Shown: piece by piece, positions 7,866-17,395 of the stretch
Numbering within the stretch: the first letter of the stretch is position 1
Layout of the letters: every line of letters begins with the position of its first letter
Assembly (NCBI GenBank): GCA_011369445.1
Contig: DRQF01000212.1
Location: forward strand, 16,099 to 80,098
Origin: Planctomycetota bacterium
GTDB lineage: Bacteria > Planctomycetota > GCA-002687715 > DRQF01
DNA: 64,000 nt
Direction of reading: 5' to 3'
Notes under the pieces: model-generated
What the model saw: only the letters and a program-made list of their open reading frames with translations
Database searches by the model: none
What the model was told of the DNA's origin: nothing
Translations under genes and position numbers: made by a program

Positions 7866-9347
7866 TCAAGCCTGACGCAGATAAGACAGCTCCTCCGGCA
7901 ACCCTTCCAACCCATCCTCGCCCAATCGATGCTGGAACAGGAGTTGGATGTGGCGAATGGGTTGGCGATCACCTCGAAACAAGACCCGTCGGTCGTCGAG
8001 ATGGCTTCCCGCCAGGAGAATCACCTTCATCAACGAACCCGCGTAGCACGTCTCGGACCCCATGGTCATGTCCACGGGCGTGCCGTGGTGAGCCACGATC
8101 TTGGCGATCATGGAGGCGGGACGAGCGTGAAGGACGCAACCCTCCGGAAGCTCGAGTTCGACGGTCTCCGTCGTCGTGTACTTCCGGATCAGCTCCTGGG
8201 CGAGCGGACGGCCTCCCTCCAGGATCGCATGGGTGTAGAACAGCGCCACGTTGATCAGCCAATCCAACACCCGGTCCGGCTGAACGATGGAACGCACCTT
8301 CTCGATCCCCGGATCCTTGCGACCGTCCTCGGAGAAATGGTCGAGCAGTTGGATGAAGAGGGTCACGAGACGACTGAAAAGGACGGCCATGCCCACCGCG
8401 TGCCGAAAATCGGCGACGTGGGGATCCTTATGTTCCACGGCGCTGTTGCGAACAAAGGTGTCGTAAAGACTTTGAATGTTCTCGAGTTTCGCGCCGAGAA
8501 ACCGGGCCTGCTGCTCCTGGCACACCCTTTCGTAGATCTCCCACCGCTCCCGAACACCTTCCACGCGTCGACCGCGGAACCTCTCCTCGAAGGTCTTCAG
8601 TGCGGAGACGAACTGGCTGGCCATCGATGCGACTTGGCCCTCGACATCTCCAGCCTCCTCACCCGTGGCGGTGTGAGGCAGTTTCTTGCGATGCAAGCTG
8701 TCTTGGAGAATGAACGAGCGAGCTGGCTCGCTGGTGGCCAAGGAGGCTCCGCAGATTCGAATCGACTCGTCTCGCACGGCCTGAAGAAGCTGGCGCTCCG
8801 CCATGTCGACCTGCTCGAGGATCCCCCGGACGTCCTCTTCCGCGCTGGCGGCGAGGTCGTCCTTGCCGGGGACCCAACTTCGGGCGGATCGAATCTGGAG
8901 AGTCTTCAGCACATGTCCCGCGGCGCTCAAGAGCTTCAGGCCTATGACCAGCTCCAACAGGACCGCAAAGGTTCGATTGTAGTGGGCGTCGTAGTCCTCG
9001 AGGAGCTCCGCCGTGTCGGCGGCCTCTTCGTGGAGGGTGGCGTGGAACCGACGGCTGAGCCGAGCCTGGGGATGGCGGTCGACCAGATTGGCCAGATGGA
9101 CAAGCCCTGTCATCTGTTCCGCCAGAATCCCCTGGAATTCCTCTTCGGAGCAGACGGTGTCAGGTTCCTCGGCCTCGGGGGGCAGTTTCCCTGTCTCTTC
9201 GTCACTGATCACGGTTCTCCAGCCTAACGGGAGGGCGCATTCTTTCAATCCACGGGGTAGCATGGACTTGCATCGACCCCCTGCTTGCTCCACCCTGCGG
9301 GGCGCGATAGCGTCCCCGTAGTGAGCCAGGATTCCCCTGACATTCAT
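7866..9347 (-). CDS. Protein of unknown function with a C-terminal HPr (phosphocarrier) domain
   Basis: The C-terminal ~90 aa, LPEGCVLHARPASMIAKIVAHHGTPVDM...GSLMKV, match the HPr fold including the catalytic-His context (GLHARPA). The ~400-aa N-terminal region is helical with no motif I recognise. The start could be the upstream Met at 9485; I chose MNVRG at 9347. Confidence 0.7.
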   Translation of the reverse strand: MNVRGILAHYGDAIAPRRVEQAGGRCKSMLPRGLKECALPLGWRTVISDEETGKLPPEAEEPDTVCSEEEFQGILAEQMTGLVHLANLVDRHPQARLSRRFHATLHEEAADTAELLEDYDAHYNRTFAVLLELVIGLKLLSAAGHVLKTLQIRSARSWVPGKDDLAASAEEDVRGILEQVDMAERQLLQAVRDESIRICGASLATSEPARSFILQDSLHRKKLPHTATGEEAGDVEGQVASMASQFVSALKTFEERFRGRRVEGVRERWEIYERVCQEQQARFLGAKLENIQSLYDTFVRNSAVEHKDPHVADFRHAVGMAVLFSRLVTLFIQLLDHFSEDGRKDPGIEKVRSIVQPDRVLDWLINVALFYTHAILEGGRPLAQELIRKYTTTETVELELPEGCVLHARPASMIAKIVAHHGTPVDMTMGSETCYAGSLMKVILLAGSHLDDRRVLFRGDRQPIRHIQLLFQHRLGEDGLEGLPEELSYLRQA

Positions 9348-10623
9348 GAAATCTCCCTCGACAATGGCTCGAAGCGGGGTGGACCTCACTCTCGACCTGA
9401 TCTCCGCGTGGGCCGTTCTTACGGCTTTCGGGCTCCCACGGGCGTGGCTCTTCATAGGTGTTTTCAGCCTCGCAGCCCTCGGCATCGGCCTCTATGGGCC
9501 CGATCGGCCCCGAGCCCCGGGGGTTCGTTTCTTGGCCATCGCTTTTTGCACCGGCGTGGCGAGCGCCGGATTGGCGTGGGCCGGCTCCTCCCCTTGGCTG
9601 CCTTGGATCACCTGGACGGTGGTGACGACCTTGGTCCGCGGCCTCGCACGATGGGTTCGAACCCGGCGGGCCCCTCCTGCTCTCATCGTGGGAACCGGGC
9701 CGGATTCGCGACGCCTTGCCCGTGATCTTCGGCGCATGGACTGGCCTGTTTTCCGGATCCTCGGCTTATGGGAGCCCTCTGGGCCGAGTGGACAGCTGGA
9801 CCTTCTCCCGGTTTTGACTGTCGGTGCCATCCCCTCGGACACTCTTGTTTTTCTGGATCCCAGTCATCGTCCCCGGCATCTTCCCGAGGACGCCTCCGTG
9901 CTTCGTCTGCGACGACGCTTCCTGGAGGAGGAAGGGGGCTGGATTTGGGAGGACGAAGAGGGTGGCACCTTTCGCTTGGACCCCGAAGGACCCGCCCAGG
10001 GTCTGAGTGGCACCGTGAAGCGCCTGGGTGACACGTTGATCGTCCTCGCTGCCCTTCCGGTGGCCCTCAGCGTCATTCTCGTGGCCGCCATCATCCTGCG
10101 GCTCCGCGAGGGCCGCCCCATTTTCTACAGGCAAGTCCGATGGACAAGAAACCGTAAACCATTTTATATCTGGAAATTACGAAGCATGCCCGTGGACGCC
10201 GAAGGGAACGGCCAGCCCGTCTGGCCCTCGGCCCACGACCCCCGTATCTCCCCCTTCGGAGCCATTCTCCGCCGCCTTTGGCTCGACGAGCTCCCCCAAA
10301 TCTGGAACGTCCTCACCGGAGACTTGAGTTTGGTCGGTCCCCGCCCCGAGCGCCCCGTCTTCGCTCAAGTATTTCTCGATGGACTGTCGATGTATCACAT
10401 GCGATATGCCGCTCGAGCTGGAATCACCGGTTGGGCCCAGGTTCAAGGATACGTGGGCAACACTTCCTTGAGAAAAAGGCTCTTTTGCGATCTGCAATAC
10501 ATCGATCGCTGGAGTCCGGGTCTCGACCTGACGATTCTCGTTCGCACCCTGTGCCAAATGGTGCGGCGTCCCCGACGCCGGCGATTCGATTACGTCCCCG
10601 AGAGAGGTACCCCCATTCCTTGA
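9346..10623 (+). CDS. Undecaprenyl-phosphate sugar phosphotransferase (WbaP/bacterial sugar transferase family)
   Basis: N-terminal TM segments. The C-terminal catalytic domain shows ILRLREGRPIFYRQVRWTRNRKPFYIWKLRSM and DELPQIWNVLTGDLSLVGPRPERP. Confidence 0.85.
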   Translation: MKSPSTMARSGVDLTLDLISAWAVLTAFGLPRAWLFIGVFSLAALGIGLYGPDRPRAPGVRFLAIAFCTGVASAGLAWAGSSPWLPWITWTVVTTLVRGLARWVRTRRAPPALIVGTGPDSRRLARDLRRMDWPVFRILGLWEPSGPSGQLDLLPVLTVGAIPSDTLVFLDPSHRPRHLPEDASVLRLRRRFLEEEGGWIWEDEEGGTFRLDPEGPAQGLSGTVKRLGDTLIVLAALPVALSVILVAAIILRLREGRPIFYRQVRWTRNRKPFYIWKLRSMPVDAEGNGQPVWPSAHDPRISPFGAILRRLWLDELPQIWNVLTGDLSLVGPRPERPVFAQVFLDGLSMYHMRYAARAGITGWAQVQGYVGNTSLRKRLFCDLQYIDRWSPGLDLTILVRTLCQMVRRPRRRRFDYVPERGTPIP

Positions 10624-10641
10624 CTCGGGCCGTCTAAGGAG

Positions 10642-11457
10642 GTGGGAACCATCACTGTCCGCGCATCCCTCGACACCTACCTCTCCGAGATCAACGGCAT
10701 CCCCTTGCTCACCGCCGAAGAAGAGGAGGCCTTGGGCCACCGGCTTCGGCGTGGGGACTTCGAAGCCCGTGAAACCATGATTCAAGCGAACCTACGTCTG
10801 GTGGTTTCAATCGCCAAACGCTACGCCCAACGGGGCCTTCCCCTCATGGACCTGGTGGAGGAAGGCAACCTCGGACTCCTCAAGGCTGTCGAGAAATTCG
10901 ACCCCGAAGAAGGGTGCCGATTCAGCACCTATGCGACATGGTGGATCAAACAGAGCATTCGCCGAGCCCTCTCCAACCAGTCCAAGACCATTCGCATTCC
11001 GTCGTACATGCTGGAACTCATGTCCCGCGTGAAAACGGTGTCCCTCGAGCTCTGCCACAGCTTGGAACGCCAGCCGGATCTCGATGAAGTTGCCGAAGCC
11101 TTGGCTCTGGAGCCCTCGGAGCTCAAGTCCATGCGGCGCGCCATGGCCACGAGCCAGGCCTTGGACCAGGTCATCTCGCTCAACGCCGCAGCTCCCACGT
11201 CCGAGTTGGTACGAGACCAAGAAAGCCCTTCTCCCGAGACGCAAGCTCTCCACAACCACGAGATCGAGCAACTCCACGAGATCCTCGAATCCATGGACGA
11301 GGAGGAGCGAACGATCCTCAAGTTGCGCTACGGCTTCCACGGAGAGGAACCCATGACTCTCAAAGCCATCGGAAAGATCGTGGGCATGACCCGCGAGCGG
11401 GTTCGACTCATTGAACTACGCTGCCTCCGGCAGCTCCAAGCCATCCTCGAATCTTGA
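10642..11457 (+). CDS. RNA polymerase sigma factor, sigma-70 family (RpoD/RpoS-like, lacking region 1.1)
   Basis: Region 1.2 (DTYLSEI), region 2 (YATWWIKQSIRRAL), region 3 (IRIPSYMLE) and a region 4 HTH are all recognisable. Confidence 0.85.
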   Translation: MGTITVRASLDTYLSEINGIPLLTAEEEEALGHRLRRGDFEARETMIQANLRLVVSIAKRYAQRGLPLMDLVEEGNLGLLKAVEKFDPEEGCRFSTYATWWIKQSIRRALSNQSKTIRIPSYMLELMSRVKTVSLELCHSLERQPDLDEVAEALALEPSELKSMRRAMATSQALDQVISLNAAAPTSELVRDQESPSPETQALHNHEIEQLHEILESMDEEERTILKLRYGFHGEEPMTLKAIGKIVGMTRERVRLIELRCLRQLQAILES

Positions 11458-11832
11458 ACGTGCGGTCACTCGCACGATTCTCTGGGCCCCCAAGACCAGG
11501 GAACCACCGTAGCGCGTCTCCCTACCGGTTGTGACCTGTCACCATCACATTGTCGTGGAGAACCCATCGAATCCCCGTGGAGACCGAAGCCTCTTTTCCA
11601 CATGACCCGCTCGAGAAGCCCTGGAATCCCCCGCATCCTCCACGATCGATCTGCTTCTTCCCTGCCTCTCTCACGACTTTCCCACACCCATAGCGCTCTA
11701 CGCAGACGCCCTAACCCCCTCCATGCTCGCTACATAGAACCAGCTTGCTTGGTTTCTCCACAAATCTAGCCCACGTTAAGGAGATGACTGAGAGATAGAT
11801 AGAGAAGAAGGGAAGAGAAGACAGGACAACCC

Positions 11833-12999
11833 ATGCCGAGCGACCTACCTGCCTACGCCCTCGCTCCCCCTCGCTCCCTCTACGTCCACATTCCGTTTTG
11901 TGAGTCGAAGTGCTCCTACTGCGCCTTCAACTCCGTCGGCCGCGAACATACCCCCTCCGGACAGATCTCCGCCTACGTCGACGCTTTGATTCGCGAGCTC
12001 ACTGAACTACGAATTCATCAACCACTCGAGACGATCTACATCGGTGGTGGAACCCCTTCCATCCTCGATCGCTCCTCGTGGAATAGACTGGCCGAAGCCA
12101 TCCTTCGCCATGCCCCTTTGGAGGCGAAGGCCGAATGGACCGTCGAGATGAATCCCGGGACTCTCCATGACGCCAAACTTCGTGACTATCGAAGCGTCGG
12201 TGTCACCCGGATCAGCCTCGGTGCTCAATCTCTCGACCCACTCATCCTCCGATCCCTCGAACGTATTCACTCTCCCGAGGATGTTTTTCGCGCCGTGGAC
12301 AGGATCGTCGAAGAAGGCTTTCCGTCCTTCAATCTCGACCTCATCTATGGTCTGCCGGGGCAGGGTCTCCAGAGCTTCGAAAGCGATCTCGACGCTCTCC
12401 TTGCCCTTGATCCTCCTCATCTTGCCCTCTACAACCTCCAATTCGAGGACGGAACCACCCTCAGTCTTCAGCGTCTGGGCGGCCACGTTGAGGAAGAGCG
12501 AGAAGAGGTGCAGATCGCCATGTTCACTTCGGCCTGTGAGCGCACGGCGGCCCACGGTCTTCTTCAATACGAGATTTCGAACTTTGCCCTTCCCGGCCAC
12601 CGCGCCCGGCACAATGAAGTCTACTGGGAAAACGCACCCTACTTCGGGATAGGCGCGGGCGCCTGGGGTTGCGTGGGGGGCGTTCGCTATCGAAACGTTT
12701 GTTCAGCCGATCGCTACATCAAGCGGATCGAAGCGGGCGAGTCGCCCCGGGATGAAAACGACGTCTTGGATCGTGACGCCCTCTTCTTGGAATCCCTTGT
12801 CGTCATGCTTCGACATGTGAATGGAATTGATAAGTCGCTCATGGAGGAGCGTTTCGGTTCAGGGTGTCTGGATGAGTCGATCCCGCTCTTCCAGCGATGG
12901 ATCGCGTCGGGGTGGATGCACTGGCGAGACGGACGGTGGGCCTTGACCCAGGCCGGTCAACTCGTTTCCGATTCTCTCTTCCTGGAGCTCTTGCCGTGA
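11833..12999 (+). CDS. hemW: Radical SAM heme chaperone HemW (oxygen-independent coproporphyrinogen III oxidase-like)
   Basis: YVHIPFCESKCSYCAFNS radical-SAM motif. The length and the HemN C-terminal-like domain also fit. Confidence 0.85.
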   Translation: MPSDLPAYALAPPRSLYVHIPFCESKCSYCAFNSVGREHTPSGQISAYVDALIRELTELRIHQPLETIYIGGGTPSILDRSSWNRLAEAILRHAPLEAKAEWTVEMNPGTLHDAKLRDYRSVGVTRISLGAQSLDPLILRSLERIHSPEDVFRAVDRIVEEGFPSFNLDLIYGLPGQGLQSFESDLDALLALDPPHLALYNLQFEDGTTLSLQRLGGHVEEEREEVQIAMFTSACERTAAHGLLQYEISNFALPGHRARHNEVYWENAPYFGIGAGAWGCVGGVRYRNVCSADRYIKRIEAGESPRDENDVLDRDALFLESLVVMLRHVNGIDKSLMEERFGSGCLDESIPLFQRWIASGWMHWRDGRWALTQAGQLVSDSLFLELLP

Positions 13000-13580
13000 C
13001 TTCGGGTTCCACTCTCGTGGTGGACAACCGCGATTCTTTCGTTTGGAACCTCGTGATGCAGTTGCGAGAACTCGGAGACCGGCCCGAGGTGTTGCCTTCT
13101 CACAAGGTCAGTGAAACGACTCTTGCCGCCCATCGGCCCGGGCGCATTCTGCTTTCTCCGGGACCTGGGACGCCCCAAGATCACCCCGGGACGAGCCTGG
13201 CTTTGGAGTGGGCTCGGCCCAGGATTCCCGTACTCGGGGTTTGCTTGGGGCTGCAAGTCATCGGTTGCTCGGCCGGCTGGCCGCTCGAGCGAGCGCCGAT
13301 GGCGACTCACGGGAAAACGTCCCTCCTTGAACACGATGGCGAAGGGATTTTCGCCGGACTTACCAGTCCCCTGTCCGTGATGCGTTACCATTCCTTGGTC
13401 TTGAGGCCTCGGGTGCCACAACAGAATCTCGTTGTGACCTGCTCCATCCGGGAGGACGGCCGCAACCTTGTGATGGGACTTCGGGACACGGGACGGGCCA
13501 TCGAGGGCGTGCAGTTCCATCCGGATTCCTTCGCGACGGAATCCGGAATAGAAATGATGCGGAACTTCTTGTCTTGGTGA
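12996..13580 (+). CDS. Glutamine amidotransferase, anthranilate or aminodeoxychorismate synthase component II
   Basis: Class I GATase motifs: GVCLGLQ and the HS/FHPD catalytic triad context. The GTG start overlaps the hemW stop (GTGA). Confidence 0.85.
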   Translation: MTSGSTLVVDNRDSFVWNLVMQLRELGDRPEVLPSHKVSETTLAAHRPGRILLSPGPGTPQDHPGTSLALEWARPRIPVLGVCLGLQVIGCSAGWPLERAPMATHGKTSLLEHDGEGIFAGLTSPLSVMRYHSLVLRPRVPQQNLVVTCSIREDGRNLVMGLRDTGRAIEGVQFHPDSFATESGIEMMRNFLSW

Positions 13581-14467
13581 CGCCGATGAGCTTTTTCGAG
13601 AGACTACAATCCCGATGCCGATCGATTTCGAGTCATCTGTGCGTGGGCATCGATCCCCGCCTCGCATGGATGCCGGATGAGTTGTCGTCTGGCGACGGAC
13701 CCGATGAACGGGCTCTTGCCTTGGAACGGTTCGGCTTCGAGATCTTGGACCTCGTTTCCGATCAGGCCGCGTGCGTCAAGCCACAGAGCGCGTTTTTCGA
13801 ACGAGAGGGCTGGCGAGGTGTCAGAGCCCTGGAGCGCATCTGCGCAGAAGCACGCCGCCGCGGGCTTCTTGTCATAGGCGACGTCAAGCGAGGGGACATC
13901 GGTTCCACGGCCCAGGCGTACGCGGAAGCGGCGTTCGGCCGAGATGGATCGGAAGACATTCTTTTCGACGCTGTGACGGTGAACCCATACATGGGGCGCG
14001 ATGCCGTTCTTCCCTTCTACGAGTTAGGACAACGACGGGGTTGTGGTGTCTTCGTTCTCATGCGGACGAGCAATCCCGGCGCCGAGGATCTTCAGAACTG
14101 CCTCATCGATGGGCGTCCGCTGTACGAACGCGTGGCGGCGCTCTTGAGAGAGTGGGCTCCAAAGGGTGATTTGGGAGCCGTCGTGGGCGCAACCCGACCG
14201 GAGGAACTCGAATCCGTCAGGCAGATGCTTCCTGATCATTGGTTCCTCTTGCCTGGCGTCGGAGCCCAGGGAGGGACGATGTCGCAGGCGGCCAGATCCG
14301 TGGATGCCAAGGGGAGTGGAATACTCGTCAACGTTTCCCGCTCCATCGGACACGCCTGGCGAACACGTGGCAGAGAGACCGCACCCGCGGATTGGAGAGA
14401 TGAAGTGCGTGCGGCGGCCATGGCTTATCGTCGGGATCTCGAGGAAGCCATCGAGGCACGCTCATGA
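13574..14467 (+). CDS. pyrF: Orotidine 5'-phosphate decarboxylase (long/type 2 form)
   Basis: LCVGIDP, IGDVKRGDIGSTA and LLPGVGAQGG motifs. Confidence 0.9.
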   Translation: MVTPMSFFERLQSRCRSISSHLCVGIDPRLAWMPDELSSGDGPDERALALERFGFEILDLVSDQAACVKPQSAFFEREGWRGVRALERICAEARRRGLLVIGDVKRGDIGSTAQAYAEAAFGRDGSEDILFDAVTVNPYMGRDAVLPFYELGQRRGCGVFVLMRTSNPGAEDLQNCLIDGRPLYERVAALLREWAPKGDLGAVVGATRPEELESVRQMLPDHWFLLPGVGAQGGTMSQAARSVDAKGSGILVNVSRSIGHAWRTRGRETAPADWRDEVRAAAMAYRRDLEEAIEARS

Positions 14468-15198
14468 AATCTGCGAGCCCGTGGTACGAGAAGGCTTTCC
14501 GCCGCTCCTACCTCGATGTCTATGCTCATCGTTCGGAGGAAGCCGCGCTAGCGGAGGTGTCCTGGATACGCGACGCAACCTCCATGAAACATGGCGACCT
14601 CGTCTTGGATTTGGCATGCGGCAGCGGGCGGCATGCTCGGGCGCTCGCGTCGGGCGGGCTTCGTCTCGTCGCAGTCGACCTCTCGATGGATCTCCTCCGA
14701 GCGGCAGGACGTGATGCGCACGTCTCATACCTGCGAGCCGACATGCGATCCCTTCCCCTCATGGACGGGCTCTTCGACTATGTGGTCAATCTCTTCACTT
14801 CGTTCGGTTACTTCGATTCGGATCGAGAGAACGCCCTGGTGATCGAAGAAGCCGCGAGAGTTCTGCGACCCCAAGGGGGCTTTCTCATCGACTTCCTCAA
14901 TGCACCAGCAGTGGAGAAGGGGCTCGTTCCAAGGAGTTCGAAAGTCGTGGATGGGCGGCGATTCGACGAGGCACGGAAGATCACGTCCGGACGGCGACGG
15001 GTCGAAAAGACGGTGACTCTCATCGAAGATGGCGTTCCCACCGAGAGTTGGAAAGAGTCAGTCCGGCTTTTTGATCGAGATGAGATGACATCGATGATGA
15101 GAGCCGCGGGTCTCACAGTCGACGCGGCTTTTGGTGGGCTCGATGGTCGAGCGTGGTCGCCGGACGCTCCACGTCTCGTATTGGTGGCCCATAAATGA
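14464..15198 (+). CDS. Class I SAM-dependent methyltransferase, candidate N-methyl-bacillithiol methyltransferase
   Basis: SAM-binding motif I (VLDLACGSGRH) and an acidic-loop motif. ATGA overlaps with pyrF upstream and bshC downstream. Confidence 0.75.
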   Translation: MKSASPWYEKAFRRSYLDVYAHRSEEAALAEVSWIRDATSMKHGDLVLDLACGSGRHARALASGGLRLVAVDLSMDLLRAAGRDAHVSYLRADMRSLPLMDGLFDYVVNLFTSFGYFDSDRENALVIEEAARVLRPQGGFLIDFLNAPAVEKGLVPRSSKVVDGRRFDEARKITSGRRRVEKTVTLIEDGVPTESWKESVRLFDRDEMTSMMRAAGLTVDAAFGGLDGRAWSPDAPRLVLVAHK

Positions 15199-16649
15199 GT
15201 CACCCCAAACCCCGCCATCTGGGGCGTGCCGCCATTCAAGGTGACGAAGAAGCGTGGGGTTGGCTTCGTGACGACCCACCTCAGCCGCTGCATTCACCAC
15301 GGGCCGCCTTCGGCGATCATTCTCACTGGGACGCTTTGGGCTCCGGTGCGACGGCGATCATCGCCGGGCAGCAGCCAGGTCTCTACACCGGACCCCTCTA
15401 CGGTCTGTACAAGGCCGCAGCGGCCATCGTACGAGCCAGAGAGCTCCGAAAGCGCGGGAAAGCGGCCGTCGCCGTGTTTTGGTTGGCCTCGGAAGATCAT
15501 GATCTCGATGAGGCCAATCGCCTCTATCTTCCCGCCGACGACTGGCGCACGCATAGGCTGCATCGTCTCTCCACGGTAGCTCGGGGGCGTAGTCTGGATC
15601 GCATACCGATCGATGCGAAGGACGTCCGGAACCTGGAGGAGTGGACGTGTGCCTCGAACTCGGGCCCGCTCATCCCGGAATTCCATCCGAGAGTCGGGGA
15701 AACAATTGCATCGTGGACACGACGCCTCTACGCATTGATCTTCGATCCGACGGAGCTTTTGATCGTCGAGCCGCGGGACTTCGCTGAACGGCTGGTCGAC
15801 CACCGAGAACAGGTCATCGCGAACCGCTCGGTGCTGCAAGACATTCTCGTCTCGCGAGCCGGCGCCTTGGAGGAGGCGGGGTACGATCTCCAGTTGGGCC
15901 GACCCGATGCCCGTTGGAGTCTCCTCTTCGAAGAAGACGCTCAAGGGCGTCGCCAGCGGTTGCTGGGGACGGAGAAGGACTGGGCAGAATCTCTCGCGAG
16001 GCACCCAGAGCGCATCAGCTCGTCGGTTTGGACACGCCCCCTCGCTCAGCAATGGCTCTTTCCCAGAAGTGAACAGATCTGCGGTCCCGGCGAACTGGCG
16101 TACATGGCTCAACTCATCCCCGCGTTTCGAGTCTTGAACCTCACTCCTCCCGTACTGCGACCGCGTCCCAACCTCTGGGTGATCGATGAGCAGGATCGAG
16201 AAGACCTGGAGCGGTTGGGCCTCGAGATGGGGGACGTCCTTCAGTCTGGGGGTTCGAAGTTGGAGCCGGGGGAGGTCCTTCCCGAATCATGGGCCGAAAT
16301 GTTGGAGCAGATAGCCTCCATGGAGGAGCGCTTGCGGCCTGCTGGCAAGGACCTTGTCTGGGCGGAAAGAGACTTGGCGGCGATGCGCCGCCAATGGAGA
16401 AAGTCCGTCGCCTCTTTCGAGAAGACTCTCCGGAGTCGGGCCCGAAAGGAAAAAAGGGATGAATTGGTGCGTCGGCATCGTTTGAGAGAGAAGCTATACC
16501 CGAGAAACCGGCCCCAGGAGAGGATCTGGTCACCGGCTTGTCTGGCTCCCCAGGATCCGAGGAGTTTGGGTCGGCGACTGTTGGAACGCTTGGCCACTCT
16601 CGAATCCCGCGCGGGCACCTGGTTCTGGAAGAGATACGACGAACGATGA
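15195..16649 (+). CDS. bshC: Bacillithiol biosynthesis cysteine-adding enzyme BshC
   Basis: Strong match to the BshC/YllA family: GQQPGLYTGPLY...VFWLASEDHDLDE near the N-terminus, and PQERIW near the C-terminus. Confidence 0.85.
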   Translation: MSHPKPRHLGRAAIQGDEEAWGWLRDDPPQPLHSPRAAFGDHSHWDALGSGATAIIAGQQPGLYTGPLYGLYKAAAAIVRARELRKRGKAAVAVFWLASEDHDLDEANRLYLPADDWRTHRLHRLSTVARGRSLDRIPIDAKDVRNLEEWTCASNSGPLIPEFHPRVGETIASWTRRLYALIFDPTELLIVEPRDFAERLVDHREQVIANRSVLQDILVSRAGALEEAGYDLQLGRPDARWSLLFEEDAQGRRQRLLGTEKDWAESLARHPERISSSVWTRPLAQQWLFPRSEQICGPGELAYMAQLIPAFRVLNLTPPVLRPRPNLWVIDEQDREDLERLGLEMGDVLQSGGSKLEPGEVLPESWAEMLEQIASMEERLRPAGKDLVWAERDLAAMRRQWRKSVASFEKTLRSRARKEKRDELVRRHRLREKLYPRNRPQERIWSPACLAPQDPRSLGRRLLERLATLESRAGTWFWKRYDER

Positions 16650-17395
16650 GTAAGACATCCATCCTGGCTTTCGGGGCCCACCCGGACGACGTGGAACTGA
16701 ACGCCGGGGGGCTCATGGCCCTCACCTCGGCGCGAGGGGAACGAACCGTGATCTGCCATCTCACGCGTGGCGAGATGGGAACTCGCGGGACGCCAGAGAC
16801 GAGAGAGCAGGAGGCCCGAGCCGCGGCGAAGACGTTGGGGGTGTCCGAATTGGAGTTCTTGGGACAGCCCGACGGGTGGATCGAAGAGAGCGAGGCGGCG
16901 AAGCGCCGCCTCGTGACCGTGTTGCGTCGGCACCGTCCGAGTCTCGTCTTGGCGCCCTATTGGAGCGATCTCCACCCGGATCACGCGACGACGGGCGCCC
17001 TCGTCCGCAAGGCGGCGTTCCTGTCCGGACTCGCCCGTATCGACGACGGACTTGCCCCCTGGCGCCCGGCCCGGGTTCTGTATTACATGTCCCACGATCC
17101 CATTCCGGCGGACCTCGTCGTGGATATTTCTTCGGTCTTCGAGACGAAAAGGGCGGCGGCTTTGTGTTACCGCTCCCAGTTTCATGATCCGGATTCGACC
17201 GAACCGGAGACCTTTATCTCGCGGAGCGATTTCTGGGATTTCTGGGAAGGTCGCGCATCGTGGTGGGGCCACTTCGTGGGGGTACGCTACGGTGAGGGTT
17301 ACTTCGCGGACGGGCCGATCCCGACGCGCAACCCGGTCGAAATCTTTCAAGGATTCGGCAAGTACAAGAACGCCGACCCGGAGGAAGGTGAATGA
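16646..17395 (+). CDS. bshB: N-acetyl-alpha-D-glucosaminyl L-malate deacetylase BshB (LmbE/PIG-L family)
   Basis: ILAFGAHPDDVE signature and DHPDH motif. ATGA overlap with bshC. Confidence 0.85.
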   Translation: MSKTSILAFGAHPDDVELNAGGLMALTSARGERTVICHLTRGEMGTRGTPETREQEARAAAKTLGVSELEFLGQPDGWIEESEAAKRRLVTVLRRHRPSLVLAPYWSDLHPDHATTGALVRKAAFLSGLARIDDGLAPWRPARVLYYMSHDPIPADLVVDISSVFETKRAAALCYRSQFHDPDSTEPETFISRSDFWDFWEGRASWWGHFVGVRYGEGYFADGPIPTRNPVEIFQGFGKYKNADPEEGE

